From: Chthoniobacterales bacterium
Lineage (GTDB): Bacteria > Verrucomicrobiota > Verrucomicrobiia > Chthoniobacterales > JAFAMB01
DNA: 64,000 nucleotides
Reading direction: 5' to 3'
NCBI GenBank assembly: GCA_049585495.1
Contig: JBAUZZ010000216.1
Span: 3,043 to 67,042, forward strand
Both the position numbers and the translations under genes were made by a program. Positions 17,790-26,901 of the stretch are shown here, in pieces; within the stretch, counting starts at the first letter, position 1; each line of letters begins with the position of its first letter. The notes under the pieces were generated by a model, which was given only the letters and a program-made list of their open reading frames with translations, had not been told where the DNA came from and did no database searches.

Positions 17790-18443
17790 ATGGCGTTTCG
17801 CCGGACCCTGCCAGGCGCTCAATCTCCGTGCTCACTGAGGTACGAAGATGCACTTTGGGGCCGGGGAGTCGACCGGGTGGCCGGCATCGATGAGGCAGGT
17901 CGCGGACCCCTGGCCGGACCGGTCGTCGCCGCGGCGGTCATGTTGCCAACAGGCTTTGAGCTGCCAGGCCTTAACGACTCCAAGCAGCTCACCGAAAAAG
18001 CTCGAGAGGATTATTTTGTACGCCTGACATCCGACTCCCGGATCATTTTTGGCGTTGGAATAGCCTCCTCTGAAGAAATCGATCGCCTCAATATACTCCG
18101 CGCCACCCATCGCGCGATGGACCGAGCAGTGGCTTCTCTCTCCTACCCTCCTGACCATTTCTTGATCGACGGGTTACCGGTTCCAATCTTTGGTTCTTCC
18201 CAGACACCAATCATTGATGGGGATACGAAGTCGCTCAGTATCGCCGCCGCGAGCGTCATTGCCAAAGTAACTAGAGACCGTATGATGCAACTCTGGCATG
18301 AGGAGTTCCCGCGGTACGACTTCGAAAACAACAAAGGCTACGGGACTCCGGAGCACCTGGCGCAGCTTCAAATTTACGGGCCATGTCCAATCCACCGGAG
18401 ATCTTTTGAGCCGGTGGCTCAGACTTATCTCCGACTTTTTTGA
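17790..18443 (+). CDS. rnhB: ribonuclease HII
   Basis: VAGIDEAGRGPLAGPVVAAAV...DSKQLT...ASVIAK..RD are RNase HII catalytic motifs. Confidence 0.93.
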   Translation: MAFRRTLPGAQSPCSLRYEDALWGRGVDRVAGIDEAGRGPLAGPVVAAAVMLPTGFELPGLNDSKQLTEKAREDYFVRLTSDSRIIFGVGIASSEEIDRLNILRATHRAMDRAVASLSYPPDHFLIDGLPVPIFGSSQTPIIDGDTKSLSIAAASVIAKVTRDRMMQLWHEEFPRYDFENNKGYGTPEHLAQLQIYGPCPIHRRSFEPVAQTYLRLF

Positions 18444-18849
18444 AAAGCGCAAAAACCGCCGGAGGATAGCACCGCACCTTGCTCTCGGCTCGCGTGGCGA
18501 AGAACTGGCGACTCACTTCCTCCGCCGGAACGGGTACAAGATTTTATATCGGAATTTTCGGTCACGGCGAGGCGGCGAAATCGACATTGTTTGCCGTGAC
18601 CGTCGCGCTAACGTTCTCGTGTTCGTTGAGGTAAAGGCCAGGACGACAGACCTGTTTGGCCCCCCGCATGAGGCCGTCGACCTCGCCAAGCAGAAGCGAA
18701 TCGTCCGCGCAGCCAAAGAATGGCTTCGCCTGCTGAACCGGCCTGACATCGCATATCGATTCGATATTGTTGAGATCGTATTCGCGCCCCGGCCCCGATG
18801 TCATCTGATCCGAAGCGCCTTCTCGATCCCCGAGGACATTTATCTTTGA
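18406..18849 (+). CDS. YraN family (UPF0102) endonuclease-like protein
   Basis: GSRGEELATHFLRRNGYKILYRNFRSRRGEIDIVCRD..VLVFVEVKAR is the YraN pattern. The track ORF starts at 18298, deep inside rnhB. I prefer the in-frame TTG at 18406, but the start is uncertain. Confidence 0.7.
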   Translation: MSRWLRLISDFFEKRKNRRRIAPHLALGSRGEELATHFLRRNGYKILYRNFRSRRGGEIDIVCRDRRANVLVFVEVKARTTDLFGPPHEAVDLAKQKRIVRAAKEWLRLLNRPDIAYRFDIVEIVFAPRPRCHLIRSAFSIPEDIYL

Positions 18850-18896
18850 TCGCCAGAATCGAGGAGACAAAGTAAATTCGCGCAGAGTTGGGTTGT

Positions 18897-19499
18897 ATGT
18901 CGGAAGTCCCTTTGGAAACATCGAATGACCGCCTGACAGTGGCAGCTTCGAAGTGGCTGGATGCCGCTCTCTTCCATGGTGCATTTGCCGTCGACGCTAC
19001 GGTAGGAAACGGTTACGACACCCTGTTTCTTGCCCATCGGGTTGGAGACCAAGGCCGGGTTCTAGGGTTCGACGTTCAGAAGGCTGCCCTTAATGGTGCG
19101 GCTGAATTGCTCAGGTTTGCCGGAACACTGAACCGTGTGACGCTCGTCCTCGACTCCCACTCTAATATAGGCCGATATCTACCGCCCGGGCAGATTGTTC
19201 ATGCTGCCATGTTTAACCTTGGTTATCTTCCCCGTGGGAATCGACAAATCATTACCCGCCCGGAAACGACTCTAGTGGCGGTCGAAGCGATCTTGGAACA
19301 TCTCACTCCGGGAGGACGCTTGACCATCCTCTGCTACCGTGGTCACGAAGGAGGCCCGGAAGAGTGCGTCGCAGTTCGCGGGTTTCTTCAGTCCGTGCGG
19401 GCGGAAGAATTTTCCATCCGCGAACTCAAGGGGATAGTAGATACTGAGAAGACCCCCCGGCTCTTTTTGGTCGAACGCGAGCGTTTGGAGCGGTCCTGA
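18897..19499 (+). CDS. class I SAM-dependent methyltransferase (YtqB/MnmM-like, PF06962-type)
   Basis: AVDATVGNGYDTLFLAHRVGDQGRVLGFDVQKAAL matches the conserved N-terminal motif of the putative rRNA methylase/MnmM family. ATG at 18897, with TTG at 18888 also possible. Confidence 0.7.
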   Translation: MSEVPLETSNDRLTVAASKWLDAALFHGAFAVDATVGNGYDTLFLAHRVGDQGRVLGFDVQKAALNGAAELLRFAGTLNRVTLVLDSHSNIGRYLPPGQIVHAAMFNLGYLPRGNRQIITRPETTLVAVEAILEHLTPGGRLTILCYRGHEGGPEECVAVRGFLQSVRAEEFSIRELKGIVDTEKTPRLFLVERERLERS

Positions 19500-19553
19500 A
19501 TTGCTTTCGCGGCAGGTTCCAGGCAGACTCCCCATTCAATTGTCGCGAAACGA

Positions 19554-20879
19554 ATGGGCGATTTCTTCGAGTTCCAGAAAAACCGCACGACTCTTGACCG
19601 GGAAGTCATCGCCGGACTAACCACCTTCGCCGCCATGGCCTATATCTTGGCGGTCAACCCGCAGATCCTTAACGCTGGCGGCATGGACAAGGGTGCGGTC
19701 TTCACCGCCACGGCGCTCTCGGCGGCGATCACGACCGTGCTGATGGCGCTGCTCACAAATTATCCCATTGCACTTGCCCCTGGAATGGGGTTGAACGCCT
19801 TCTTCGCGTTCACCATCTGTCTCCAGCTCAAGATCCCGTGGCAAGCCGCTCTTGGGCTCGTCTTTTACAATGGTGTCCTATTTCTACTGCTGTCTATTTC
19901 CGGACTTCGGAAACTGATTATCGATGCCATCCCTCTCCATCTCAAATTGGCCATCACCTGCGGCATCGGCCTTTTTATCGCCTTCATTGGCCTGAAGAAC
20001 GGTGGGATCATCGTGGCGGACCAGGCAACATTCGTGAAGCTAGGGAATTTGTCCCAGCCCGGGCCGCTTCTGACCTTCGCTGGAATTCTGTTAACAGCCA
20101 TTCTTGTCGGACGCCGCATTCCCGGGGCCATCATTCTTTCAATCCTGATCGTGAGCGTCGTTGGTCTCTTCGTCCCGTCCGAGAGACCGGACGGCTCAGC
20201 GATTACTCCCTTCCCGGCCGGCTTGGTAGCGCAGCCCGCATCGCTTGCTCCGACTTTTTTGAAGCTCGATCTCGCCTACCTATGGCAGCACTTTTTTCAG
20301 GGCGCCGTGCTGGTTCTCGCCCTCCTGTTCACCGAATTGTTCGATAACATGGGAACACTACTGGGAGTTTGTCGTCGAGCCGGCTTGCTCGACCAAGCCG
20401 GGAACCTGCCGCGGATCGGACGGGCGCTTTCCGCTGATGCCGGTGCCGCGATAATCAGCTCTCTTCTTGGGACCTCCAGTACGACCAGTTACATTGAGTC
20501 CGCCGCCGGGGTTGAAGCCGGCGGCCGGACCGGACTGACCTCACTGGTCGTTGCCGCCTGCTTTCTTTTGGCTCTCTTTTTCAGCCCGGTGATCCTGGCG
20601 ATACCAGCGGTCGCAACGGCACCGGCGCTCGTGGTCGTCGGAATTTTTATGATGCAAACCGCCGCGGAACTCGATTTACCAGATTTTGTTAAAGCCGCGC
20701 CTGCCGTACTCACCATTCTTTTCATGCCGCTTGCCTTCAGCATCAGTGAAGGCATCGCGGTGGGCATCCTCACACATGTGCTGATCACGCTGGGGCTGGG
20801 CCGGTGGAGACAACTCACACCCCTCTCTGGAGTTCTCGCGATCCTTTTTCTGCTGCACTTCTTGTTCCGGCCGACCTAG
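19554..20879 (+). CDS. NCS2 family purine permease (AzgA/PbuG-like)
   Basis: FEFQKNRTTLDREVIAGLTTFAAMAYILAVNPQIL is the characteristic N-terminus of adenine/guanine/hypoxanthine permeases. The protein is polytopic, 441 aa. Confidence 0.9.
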   Translation: MGDFFEFQKNRTTLDREVIAGLTTFAAMAYILAVNPQILNAGGMDKGAVFTATALSAAITTVLMALLTNYPIALAPGMGLNAFFAFTICLQLKIPWQAALGLVFYNGVLFLLLSISGLRKLIIDAIPLHLKLAITCGIGLFIAFIGLKNGGIIVADQATFVKLGNLSQPGPLLTFAGILLTAILVGRRIPGAIILSILIVSVVGLFVPSERPDGSAITPFPAGLVAQPASLAPTFLKLDLAYLWQHFFQGAVLVLALLFTELFDNMGTLLGVCRRAGLLDQAGNLPRIGRALSADAGAAIISSLLGTSSTTSYIESAAGVEAGGRTGLTSLVVAACFLLALFFSPVILAIPAVATAPALVVVGIFMMQTAAELDLPDFVKAAPAVLTILFMPLAFSISEGIAVGILTHVLITLGLGRWRQLTPLSGVLAILFLLHFLFRPT

Positions 20880-20980
20880 CCTGCATCGCTCGCAAATCCC
20901 CAGAGATTTGGGAGCGATGCAGGCTCAATGGTTGCGCGCGGCCGGAAGCGGCGTCTATTTGCCATTCGCCTCGCGAAAAT

Positions 20981-21562
20981 ATGAGACAGCTCTTCGTCAT
21001 TTCCGGTATCCTCCTCTCCACCCTGTCACTCCACGCTGAGCGTATTTTGGAAGGTTACACAGTGGTCAATGGCAAGGGTTATGCCTTTGAACTGAAAGCG
21101 CCTCGTGGTTGGGTGCTCGACAACGACGCCGCTCGCGAGCAGGGATTGAACGTCGTCTTCTACCCGAAAGACTCCAGCTGGGACAACGGCAAAGCCGTTT
21201 GTTACGTGCGCGTCAAAACTCTGGACTCAACCGTACGCACTATTGAGGACCAAGTGAAGGACACTCTGAAGAATCTGCGAGAGAATGGTAGTCCAAACGC
21301 CGGCGCCCGATTCGTCAAGTCGCTCCTGACCCAGGATGCGAGCAAAGCAAAGGTTTTTTACTTCTCCGGGGACCGCTTCGGGAATTTGGAGGCGACCGCG
21401 TACATTCAAACGAAGAACACGATCCACTTTATTACGCTGTCGACCCGAGATGCGAACACCTTTCAATACTCGCTCCCTGCTTTTGAGTCTCTTGTCACCT
21501 CCTACGAAGACCTGACCAAACCACCGACCGCCGAGCCGGAAGGATCGGAAGATCGAAATTAG
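20981..21562 (+). CDS. hypothetical secreted protein
   Basis: ATG at 20981 gives the signal peptide MRQLFVISGILLSTLSLHA. I recognise no family. The upstream extension in ORF 20804.. overlaps the permease gene and looks non-coding. Confidence 0.5.
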   Translation: MRQLFVISGILLSTLSLHAERILEGYTVVNGKGYAFELKAPRGWVLDNDAAREQGLNVVFYPKDSSWDNGKAVCYVRVKTLDSTVRTIEDQVKDTLKNLRENGSPNAGARFVKSLLTQDASKAKVFYFSGDRFGNLEATAYIQTKNTIHFITLSTRDANTFQYSLPAFESLVTSYEDLTKPPTAEPEGSEDRN

Positions 21563-21631
21563 GACATGTGGGAGAACGGTGTCAGTGTTAGCGATAGTGT
21601 CAGTCCTGGTTCGCAGTTCGATCCCCTATCT

Positions 21632-21987
21632 ATGCTCATCCGTGCCGCCAAATTTGAAGACCGCAAGGCCATCGCTGCGTTGCGCGCCCGATCATGGACC
21701 GCTGTCTATCGCGATATTCTTCCGGCAAATTTCCTGGCGACTCTGTCTCCAGCGATCTCGTTCTTTGGGAAACCGTTTATATTCATGTGTTGAACGACCA
21801 CAAAGCGATGGTTGAATGGTATCGAAGTACTCAACTACGTTTTTATCTCGACGCTCTCCCTGATGACGCGACTAAGGAAGCGTTCGAGGAAGATGTTGTG
21901 AACGTCTATCGCGAGCGATTTCCCACCCAGAAAGACGGGAAAGTCTTGTTCCCATTTCGTCGCCTGTTCGTGATCGCAAGAAAATAG
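21632..21987 (+). pseudogene. chimeric remnant: GNAT acetyltransferase N-terminal fragment joined out of frame to the C-terminal third of a trans-aconitate methyltransferase (Tam)
   Basis: One frame reads MLIRAAKFEDRKAIAALRARSWTAVYRDILP (GNAT-like start) and stops at 21793. The 21694..21987 frame reads LWETVYIHVLNDHKAMVEWYRSTQLRFYL...DGKVLFPFRRLFVIARK, collinear with the Tam C-terminus (DIWHTVYNH...IVEWVKGTGLRPYL...RLFVVA). Neither part is full length. Confidence 0.65.
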
Positions 21988-21998
21988 CTTGTTCAGAA

Positions 21999-22241
21999 AC
22001 AGAAGGGCGCAAAAGGGATTTTTACAGAAGCTCACAAAGTTCTCAAAGAGGGTATAGCTCGCGCCCTCAGGTAAGGGCGATGCGGTTCAGCGAGTTGTAG
22101 GGCGGCTGGTTCAGCCGCCGAAAATCACTGCCGCGAACCTCAAGCCAAGTTAAATTTCCCAGGCGCGTGAGCCAGGCGCCCTACAACAGCACCTTTGAGA
22201 TCTTCGAGAGCTTCTGTAAAAACCCCTTTGCGCTCTTCTGT
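21999..22241. repeat. nested composite palindrome (outer about 53-nt inverted arms enclosing a TGTAGGGCGG-type unit)
   Basis: The outer arm 21999-22053 is ACAGAAGGGCGCAAAAGGGATTTTTACAGAAGCTCACAAAGTTCTCAAAGAGGGT. It is inverted relative to 22191-22241. The inner unit at 22096-22185 has the same ends as 800-911. Confidence 0.8.
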
Positions 22242-22266
22242 AACTACGCGGCTCGAACATCGGTCC

Positions 22267-22767
22267 TCAACTCCTCATCGGCTGTGGGCCGAAATCCCGG
22301 ACCGTCGCTTCAAATTCGAGAAGTGCCCGTTTGCGTTCCACCCCTCCTCCGTAACCTACCAACTTGCCATCGGCTCCGATAACCCGATGGCAGGGAACAA
22401 TAATCGCCACTGGGTTGCGACCGTTGGCGAGCCCGACCGCTCGAGGAACGCTTCCGATGCGTTGGGCTTGCTCTTTGTACGAAATCGTCTCCCCGTAGGG
22501 AATCGAGTTCAGCGCTTGCCAGGCCCGGACCTCAAACTCCGTCCCCCTCAAACGCAAGGCGATATCAAACTCAGTTCGCTCTCCTTGAAAGTATGCCTCA
22601 AGCTGCGCGATGACCTCGGGAAAAGGATCTGTGTCCTCGTCCCGGATAGAAACCGGGGGAACCGGCAGAGAGTTACCTTTTACGAAGTGGAGACCCGTTA
22701 GACTCGAGTTCTCCGAGGTTAGCAACAGCATACCAACCGGGCTTTTGTAATAACGGTAGTATTTCAT
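22267..22767 (-). CDS. ogt: methylated-DNA--protein-cysteine methyltransferase
   Basis: IIVPCHRVIGADGKLVGYGGGVERKRALLEFE carries the PCHR active site. The start MKYYRYYKSPVG at 22767 overlaps the upstream stop by 4 nt. Confidence 0.9.
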   Translation of the reverse strand: MKYYRYYKSPVGMLLLTSENSSLTGLHFVKGNSLPVPPVSIRDEDTDPFPEVIAQLEAYFQGERTEFDIALRLRGTEFEVRAWQALNSIPYGETISYKEQAQRIGSVPRAVGLANGRNPVAIIVPCHRVIGADGKLVGYGGGVERKRALLEFEATVRDFGPQPMRS

Positions 22768-24233
22768 TTTTTGCCTTCTAATGATTTCCAGAGATGCATA
22801 GCGGCATACGCTCGCCACGGTCTCCATTTTTCGGCTGCTTTAAGGGCGTCTTTGGATTTCTTAACTTTTAGCGCCTTCAGAATTCCAAGATCGCTGGCCG
22901 GAAAAGCGTCCGGCCAGCCGTAGGCACGCATGGCAAAGTAGTGTGCAGTCCAATCACCCACGCCTGGAAGTTGAGTTAGTTTTTCCATGGCGTCTTCGAT
23001 CGAAACGGCAACATCCAGGACAATCTCCTGCGCAGCGGCTGCTCGCGCGAGAGCGATGATGGACGCGGCACGCGACTTCGTAACCCCCAATGAAATCAGA
23101 TCCGAAATCTCCGCTTTTGCCAACGCGCCCGGCGTTGGAGATAAATGGGTTAATCCGGCCATCGAGGTGGCCAGGGTTTGGCCGAACCGATACGCTAGGC
23201 GAGCAGCTAGAGTAGATGCCGCGCGAACGCTGATCTGTTGGCCAAGAATTGCCCGAACGGCCATCTCGAAACCATCGAAGGCGCCTGGAACGCGGAGGCC
23301 CGGATTCGCGCACGCGACCGATCCAAGATGATCGACAATGCGCTCAGGCACCGCCTCAAGATCGAAGAGACGTCGCACCCGGTTCAGCACCTGCATGATT
23401 ACCGGCAACAAATCTGGCGAGATCTCGACTTGCAGAGCACCTTGAGAAGCCTTGTTCTCTACCATGATCCAACCGGAACGCGGACCGATTTCGACGGTAC
23501 GGTAATACCTGCCGTCAACGATGCGCTCAACCCCCTCAAAGATGCGCGGTGAGAGGAACTCCAGGAGTGACTTCCAATCGAACGGCGTTCGGTAACTGAC
23601 TGTACAAAGGCATCGACTTTGATCCACGGGGACCCGCGTCGCTCTACGCATTTTGGTAGGGGCAAGCCGGTATCGCTCGCGAAAGAGCGCATTAAATCTG
23701 CGCAAGCTCGAAAATCCGCTCGCGTAGGCCACGTCGATCACGGGGAGTCTTGTATCCGTCAAAAGGCGCTTGGCGAGAAGAAGCCGCTGAGTTTGCGCGA
23801 CCTGAATTGGGGTCACGCCAAGCACATTCCGCAGCACCCGGCGAAGATGCCGATCCGTCACCCCGAGCGATCCTGCCAGCTCGTTCACCCCGGTTTCTCC
23901 TAGCGAGTCCTCCTCGAGTTTTCGAAGAGCGGCACGCACCAACCGATGGTTGGCGTCGACCGGCGCGAATCCGGGAGCTAATTCCGGTCGGCAGCGCAAA
24001 CATGGACGAAAGCCTGCGGCTTCTGCTGCGGCGGGATGGATGAAGAACTCGCAATGGTTCAGCTGGGGCCGTTTCGCCGGGCAGATCGGCCGACAATAGA
24101 TTCCAGTCGTTTTGACCGCGACAAAGAAGACGCCATCGAAGCGCTTATCGCGAGTCACGATCGCCTGGTAACAATGCTCCCGATTCAACATCACGGAGCA
24201 ACTTTGCTCCGTCCGAAGGGATTGTCTCGCCAT
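22764..24233 (-). CDS. Ada-type Zn-finger / AraC HTH / AlkA DNA-3-methyladenine glycosylase II fusion protein
   Basis: The N-terminus has FDGVFFVAVKTTGIYCRPICPAK...FRPCLRCRP (Ada Zn-binding). An AraC-type HTH follows (VTDRHLRRVLRNVLGVTPIQ). The C-terminus is HhH-GPD (LTQLPGVGDWTAHYFAMRA.GWPDAFPASD). The start is either ATG 24233 or ATG 24191. Confidence 0.87.
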   Translation of the reverse strand: MARQSLRTEQSCSVMLNREHCYQAIVTRDKRFDGVFFVAVKTTGIYCRPICPAKRPQLNHCEFFIHPAAAEAAGFRPCLRCRPELAPGFAPVDANHRLVRAALRKLEEDSLGETGVNELAGSLGVTDRHLRRVLRNVLGVTPIQVAQTQRLLLAKRLLTDTRLPVIDVAYASGFSSLRRFNALFRERYRLAPTKMRRATRVPVDQSRCLCTVSYRTPFDWKSLLEFLSPRIFEGVERIVDGRYYRTVEIGPRSGWIMVENKASQGALQVEISPDLLPVIMQVLNRVRRLFDLEAVPERIVDHLGSVACANPGLRVPGAFDGFEMAVRAILGQQISVRAASTLAARLAYRFGQTLATSMAGLTHLSPTPGALAKAEISDLISLGVTKSRAASIIALARAAAAQEIVLDVAVSIEDAMEKLTQLPGVGDWTAHYFAMRAYGWPDAFPASDLGILKALKVKKSKDALKAAEKWRPWRAYAAMHLWKSLEGKK

Positions 24234-24277
24234 TTTCGGACGTGGAATTAATGAACTCAAATTCTGGAAATTGACAC

Positions 24278-24458
24278 AGCGCGGCGGAGCCGCAACCAAA
24301 CCTGATTCGTGTGAAATGAGGTGATCGACGGTCGGCGTAAGTAAGGAATGACAGGTAGGGCGAATCCGCCGCGGCGGATGAGCCTAAACCGCAAATGTTG
24401 TTAGCCCCTTGAGGCTCATTTGTCTCGCTTCGCGAGACGAATTCGCCTTACCGCCTTT
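24278..24458. repeat. about 180-bp structured repeat, copy 1 (GGTAGGGCGAAT...ATTCGCC(T/C)TACC core)
   Basis: Collinear with 35701-35892 in the same orientation. The core from GGTAGGGCG... to ...TTTGTC (about 75 nt) differs at only 2 positions by eye. Confidence 0.85.
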
Positions 24459-24610
24459 CAGCAGCAAAAATCCTCGCGGAAATGCACGATTCAGAACTAT
24501 AAAAGCTTGGATCCGCCGAATTTTGGGATTTGGGCGGCGGCGACGGAGCGCCGCCCTCCGAGGTAATGTAGAGTCGGGATACGTTTGCCGTGGACTGGAT
24601 TGTGGGCGTC

Positions 24611-25681
24611 TTACTCGATGCGTTGAGCAACCGCCTGAGCCTTAAGACAAAGCTCCGCCGCCTTAAATGCGTGCTCCTGGCTCATGGCTGTTTCCGTTCC
24701 TTGTAGGCAGTCAAGAATTAATCGGCCAAAAAAAGGAAATCCGACTTTTCCGCCGAGAGCGAAGTGTTGCTCGCCAGCCTGGTTAACCAAAAACAGTTGG
24801 TCACCACCGGCCTCACGGGTGACGTCGATGTACTTGCGCATCTCAATGTAACCCTTAGTGCCAAGAATGATCGTGCGGCCATCACCCCACGTCCGCAGAC
24901 CATCCGGCGTCAACCAGTCCACCCGAAAATAGGAAGTCGCGCCGTTGTCCGCCACCAGCGAAGCGTCGCCAAAGTCCTCGAGTTCCGGGTACTCTTTGTT
25001 CGCGTAATTAGCTACGCGCGCCGAAGTGACCGTAGCATCGGAGGCTCCCGAGTAGAACAGGAATTGCTCGATCTGATGGCTGCCAATGTCGCACAAGATC
25101 CCGCCGTACTTTGCTTTTTCGAAAAACCAGGCAGGCCGCGCAGCCGCGCTGAGGCGATGCGGTCCCAGACCAAGGACATGAACAACCCGGCCAATCGCGC
25201 CTTGCTCGATTAAGTCACCCGCGAATACCGCGCATTCGACGTGCAGCCGTTCACTGTAATAGACCATATATTTCTTGCCGGTCTCAGCCGCAACTTTCCT
25301 GGCCTCCGTGAGTTGCGCCAATTCAGTGAACGGCGTCTTATCGGTAAAGTAATGTTTACCGGCGCGCATGACCTGCACGCCAAGAGGCCCTCTCTCAGAA
25401 GGGATGGCGGCAGCTGCGATGAGACGAATTTCTGGATCCTCCAGGATCTGGTTAAGCGACTTGCTAATTTCTGCCTGGGGGAATGTTTTCCGGAAGGCTT
25501 CGACCTTGCGCGGATCGGGATCGAAAACCCAGCGCAGTTCTCCGCCTGCTTCAATCAGTCCATTGCACTGGCCGTTAATGTGACCGTGATCCAGGGCCAC
25601 TGCGGCAAACTTGAACTCGCCCGGCCGGCACACCGGCTCTGGCTTCCCTTTCGGTGAATAGTCATATCCTGTCTCACTCAT
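24611..25681 (-). CDS. Gfo/Idh/MocA family oxidoreductase
   Basis: The start MSETGYDYSP is at 25681. The protein combines a Rossmann-type N-domain with the alpha/beta C-domain typical of the family (FKFAAVALDHGH..., EKP-like region, GGILCDIGSHQIEQF). Confidence 0.8.
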   Translation of the reverse strand: MSETGYDYSPKGKPEPVCRPGEFKFAAVALDHGHINGQCNGLIEAGGELRWVFDPDPRKVEAFRKTFPQAEISKSLNQILEDPEIRLIAAAAIPSERGPLGVQVMRAGKHYFTDKTPFTELAQLTEARKVAAETGKKYMVYYSERLHVECAVFAGDLIEQGAIGRVVHVLGLGPHRLSAAARPAWFFEKAKYGGILCDIGSHQIEQFLFYSGASDATVTSARVANYANKEYPELEDFGDASLVADNGATSYFRVDWLTPDGLRTWGDGRTIILGTKGYIEMRKYIDVTREAGGDQLFLVNQAGEQHFALGGKVGFPFFGRLILDCLQGTETAMSQEHAFKAAELCLKAQAVAQRIE

Positions 25682-25706
25682 AGTTCGTGGATCGTTTCGG
25701 TTATAC

Positions 25707-26858
25707 TCAGCGGAAGGAATTGGCCATGTCGTCCGTGGCCTCCTCAACAACTTTTGGCTCTTTTAGGTTAGATGATGCGATCAGCTGCTTCAGACGCTGT
25801 TCGAAGGCAATCCCGTCGATCGGGAGTTGAAGCGAACGTTTTTCCAAACTGGAGAGGAGAAACGAATTGGCCAGTTCCAGGGAAAATATTCCTTCGCGGG
25901 CAGGCGCAATTAATGGTGCTCCGTCCAGAATGGCAGCGACGAAATTTGCTAGAATTCCATTGTGTTGGGGGCCGTGCCCCTGAATGGGAATTCTGATATC
26001 CCAAGTCGCAGGCGCCGAGAAGCGCCCCGGATCTGTTCGCGAAAATTCACTCATTGGCACTTCATTGCGAGTAAAGAGGAATTCGTCATTCTCGATCACC
26101 ACTTTCCCTTTTTCCGCGGCCACTTCGAGCCGATTTGTACCCGGCGCCTCCCCGGTGGAGGTGCTGATTATGGCCGTCATCCCGTCGGCGTACTCGAGGT
26201 AGGCAGTGACGTCGTCTTCGACTTCGATATCGTGATACCGACCAAAATGGCAAAAGGCCCGAACGCTGGCCGGCATTCCAAAGATCCATTGGTATAGATC
26301 CAGATTGTGCGGACACTGATTAAGCAAAACGCCCCCTCCCTCACCCGACCACGTCGCCCGCCAAGAACTCGACCGATAATACGCTTCGGTTCGGAACCAG
26401 TTGGTAATCGTCCAGTTGACGCGCCTGATCGCTCCGAGGTCACCAGATCGCACCAACTGATTGAGCTTCAGGAAAAAGGGATCCGTCCGCTGGTTGAACA
26501 TCGCGGCAAACACCTGATCCGAACGGCGGTGCGCCGACAGCAAACGTTCCGCATCGGCTTTGTGAACCGAAATCGGTTTTTCCACTAGCACGTGCCTACC
26601 GGATTCGAGTGCCTGAATCCCGATCGTCGTATGAAAGTAATGCGGAGTGGCGATTAGAACAGCATCGATCTCGGGTGATTCCAGAAAATCATCAGCCGAG
26701 ACAAAGGCCTGGGCAGAAGGAAACCGCTTGAGGCGTTCTACCTTCGGATCGCAGACGGCGGTGAGTTGACAACGAGGCACCTTGCCATCGACCACGTTCT
26801 GGGCATGTATTGTACCCATTGCGCCAATTCCAACGATTCCAAGTCTTACTGTTTCCAT
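25707..26858 (-). CDS. Gfo/Idh/MocA family oxidoreductase
   Basis: METVRLGIVGIGAMGTIHAQN (GxGxxG) ...HVLVEKPIS (EKP motif) ...GGGVLLNQCPHNLD. Confidence 0.88.
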   Translation of the reverse strand: METVRLGIVGIGAMGTIHAQNVVDGKVPRCQLTAVCDPKVERLKRFPSAQAFVSADDFLESPEIDAVLIATPHYFHTTIGIQALESGRHVLVEKPISVHKADAERLLSAHRRSDQVFAAMFNQRTDPFFLKLNQLVRSGDLGAIRRVNWTITNWFRTEAYYRSSSWRATWSGEGGGVLLNQCPHNLDLYQWIFGMPASVRAFCHFGRYHDIEVEDDVTAYLEYADGMTAIISTSTGEAPGTNRLEVAAEKGKVVIENDEFLFTRNEVPMSEFSRTDPGRFSAPATWDIRIPIQGHGPQHNGILANFVAAILDGAPLIAPAREGIFSLELANSFLLSSLEKRSLQLPIDGIAFEQRLKQLIASSNLKEPKVVEEATDDMANSFR

Positions 26859-26901
26859 ACGGATTTCGGAAAGTCCTGTCCGGTTAGGTTGCCTTTCATC
26901 G

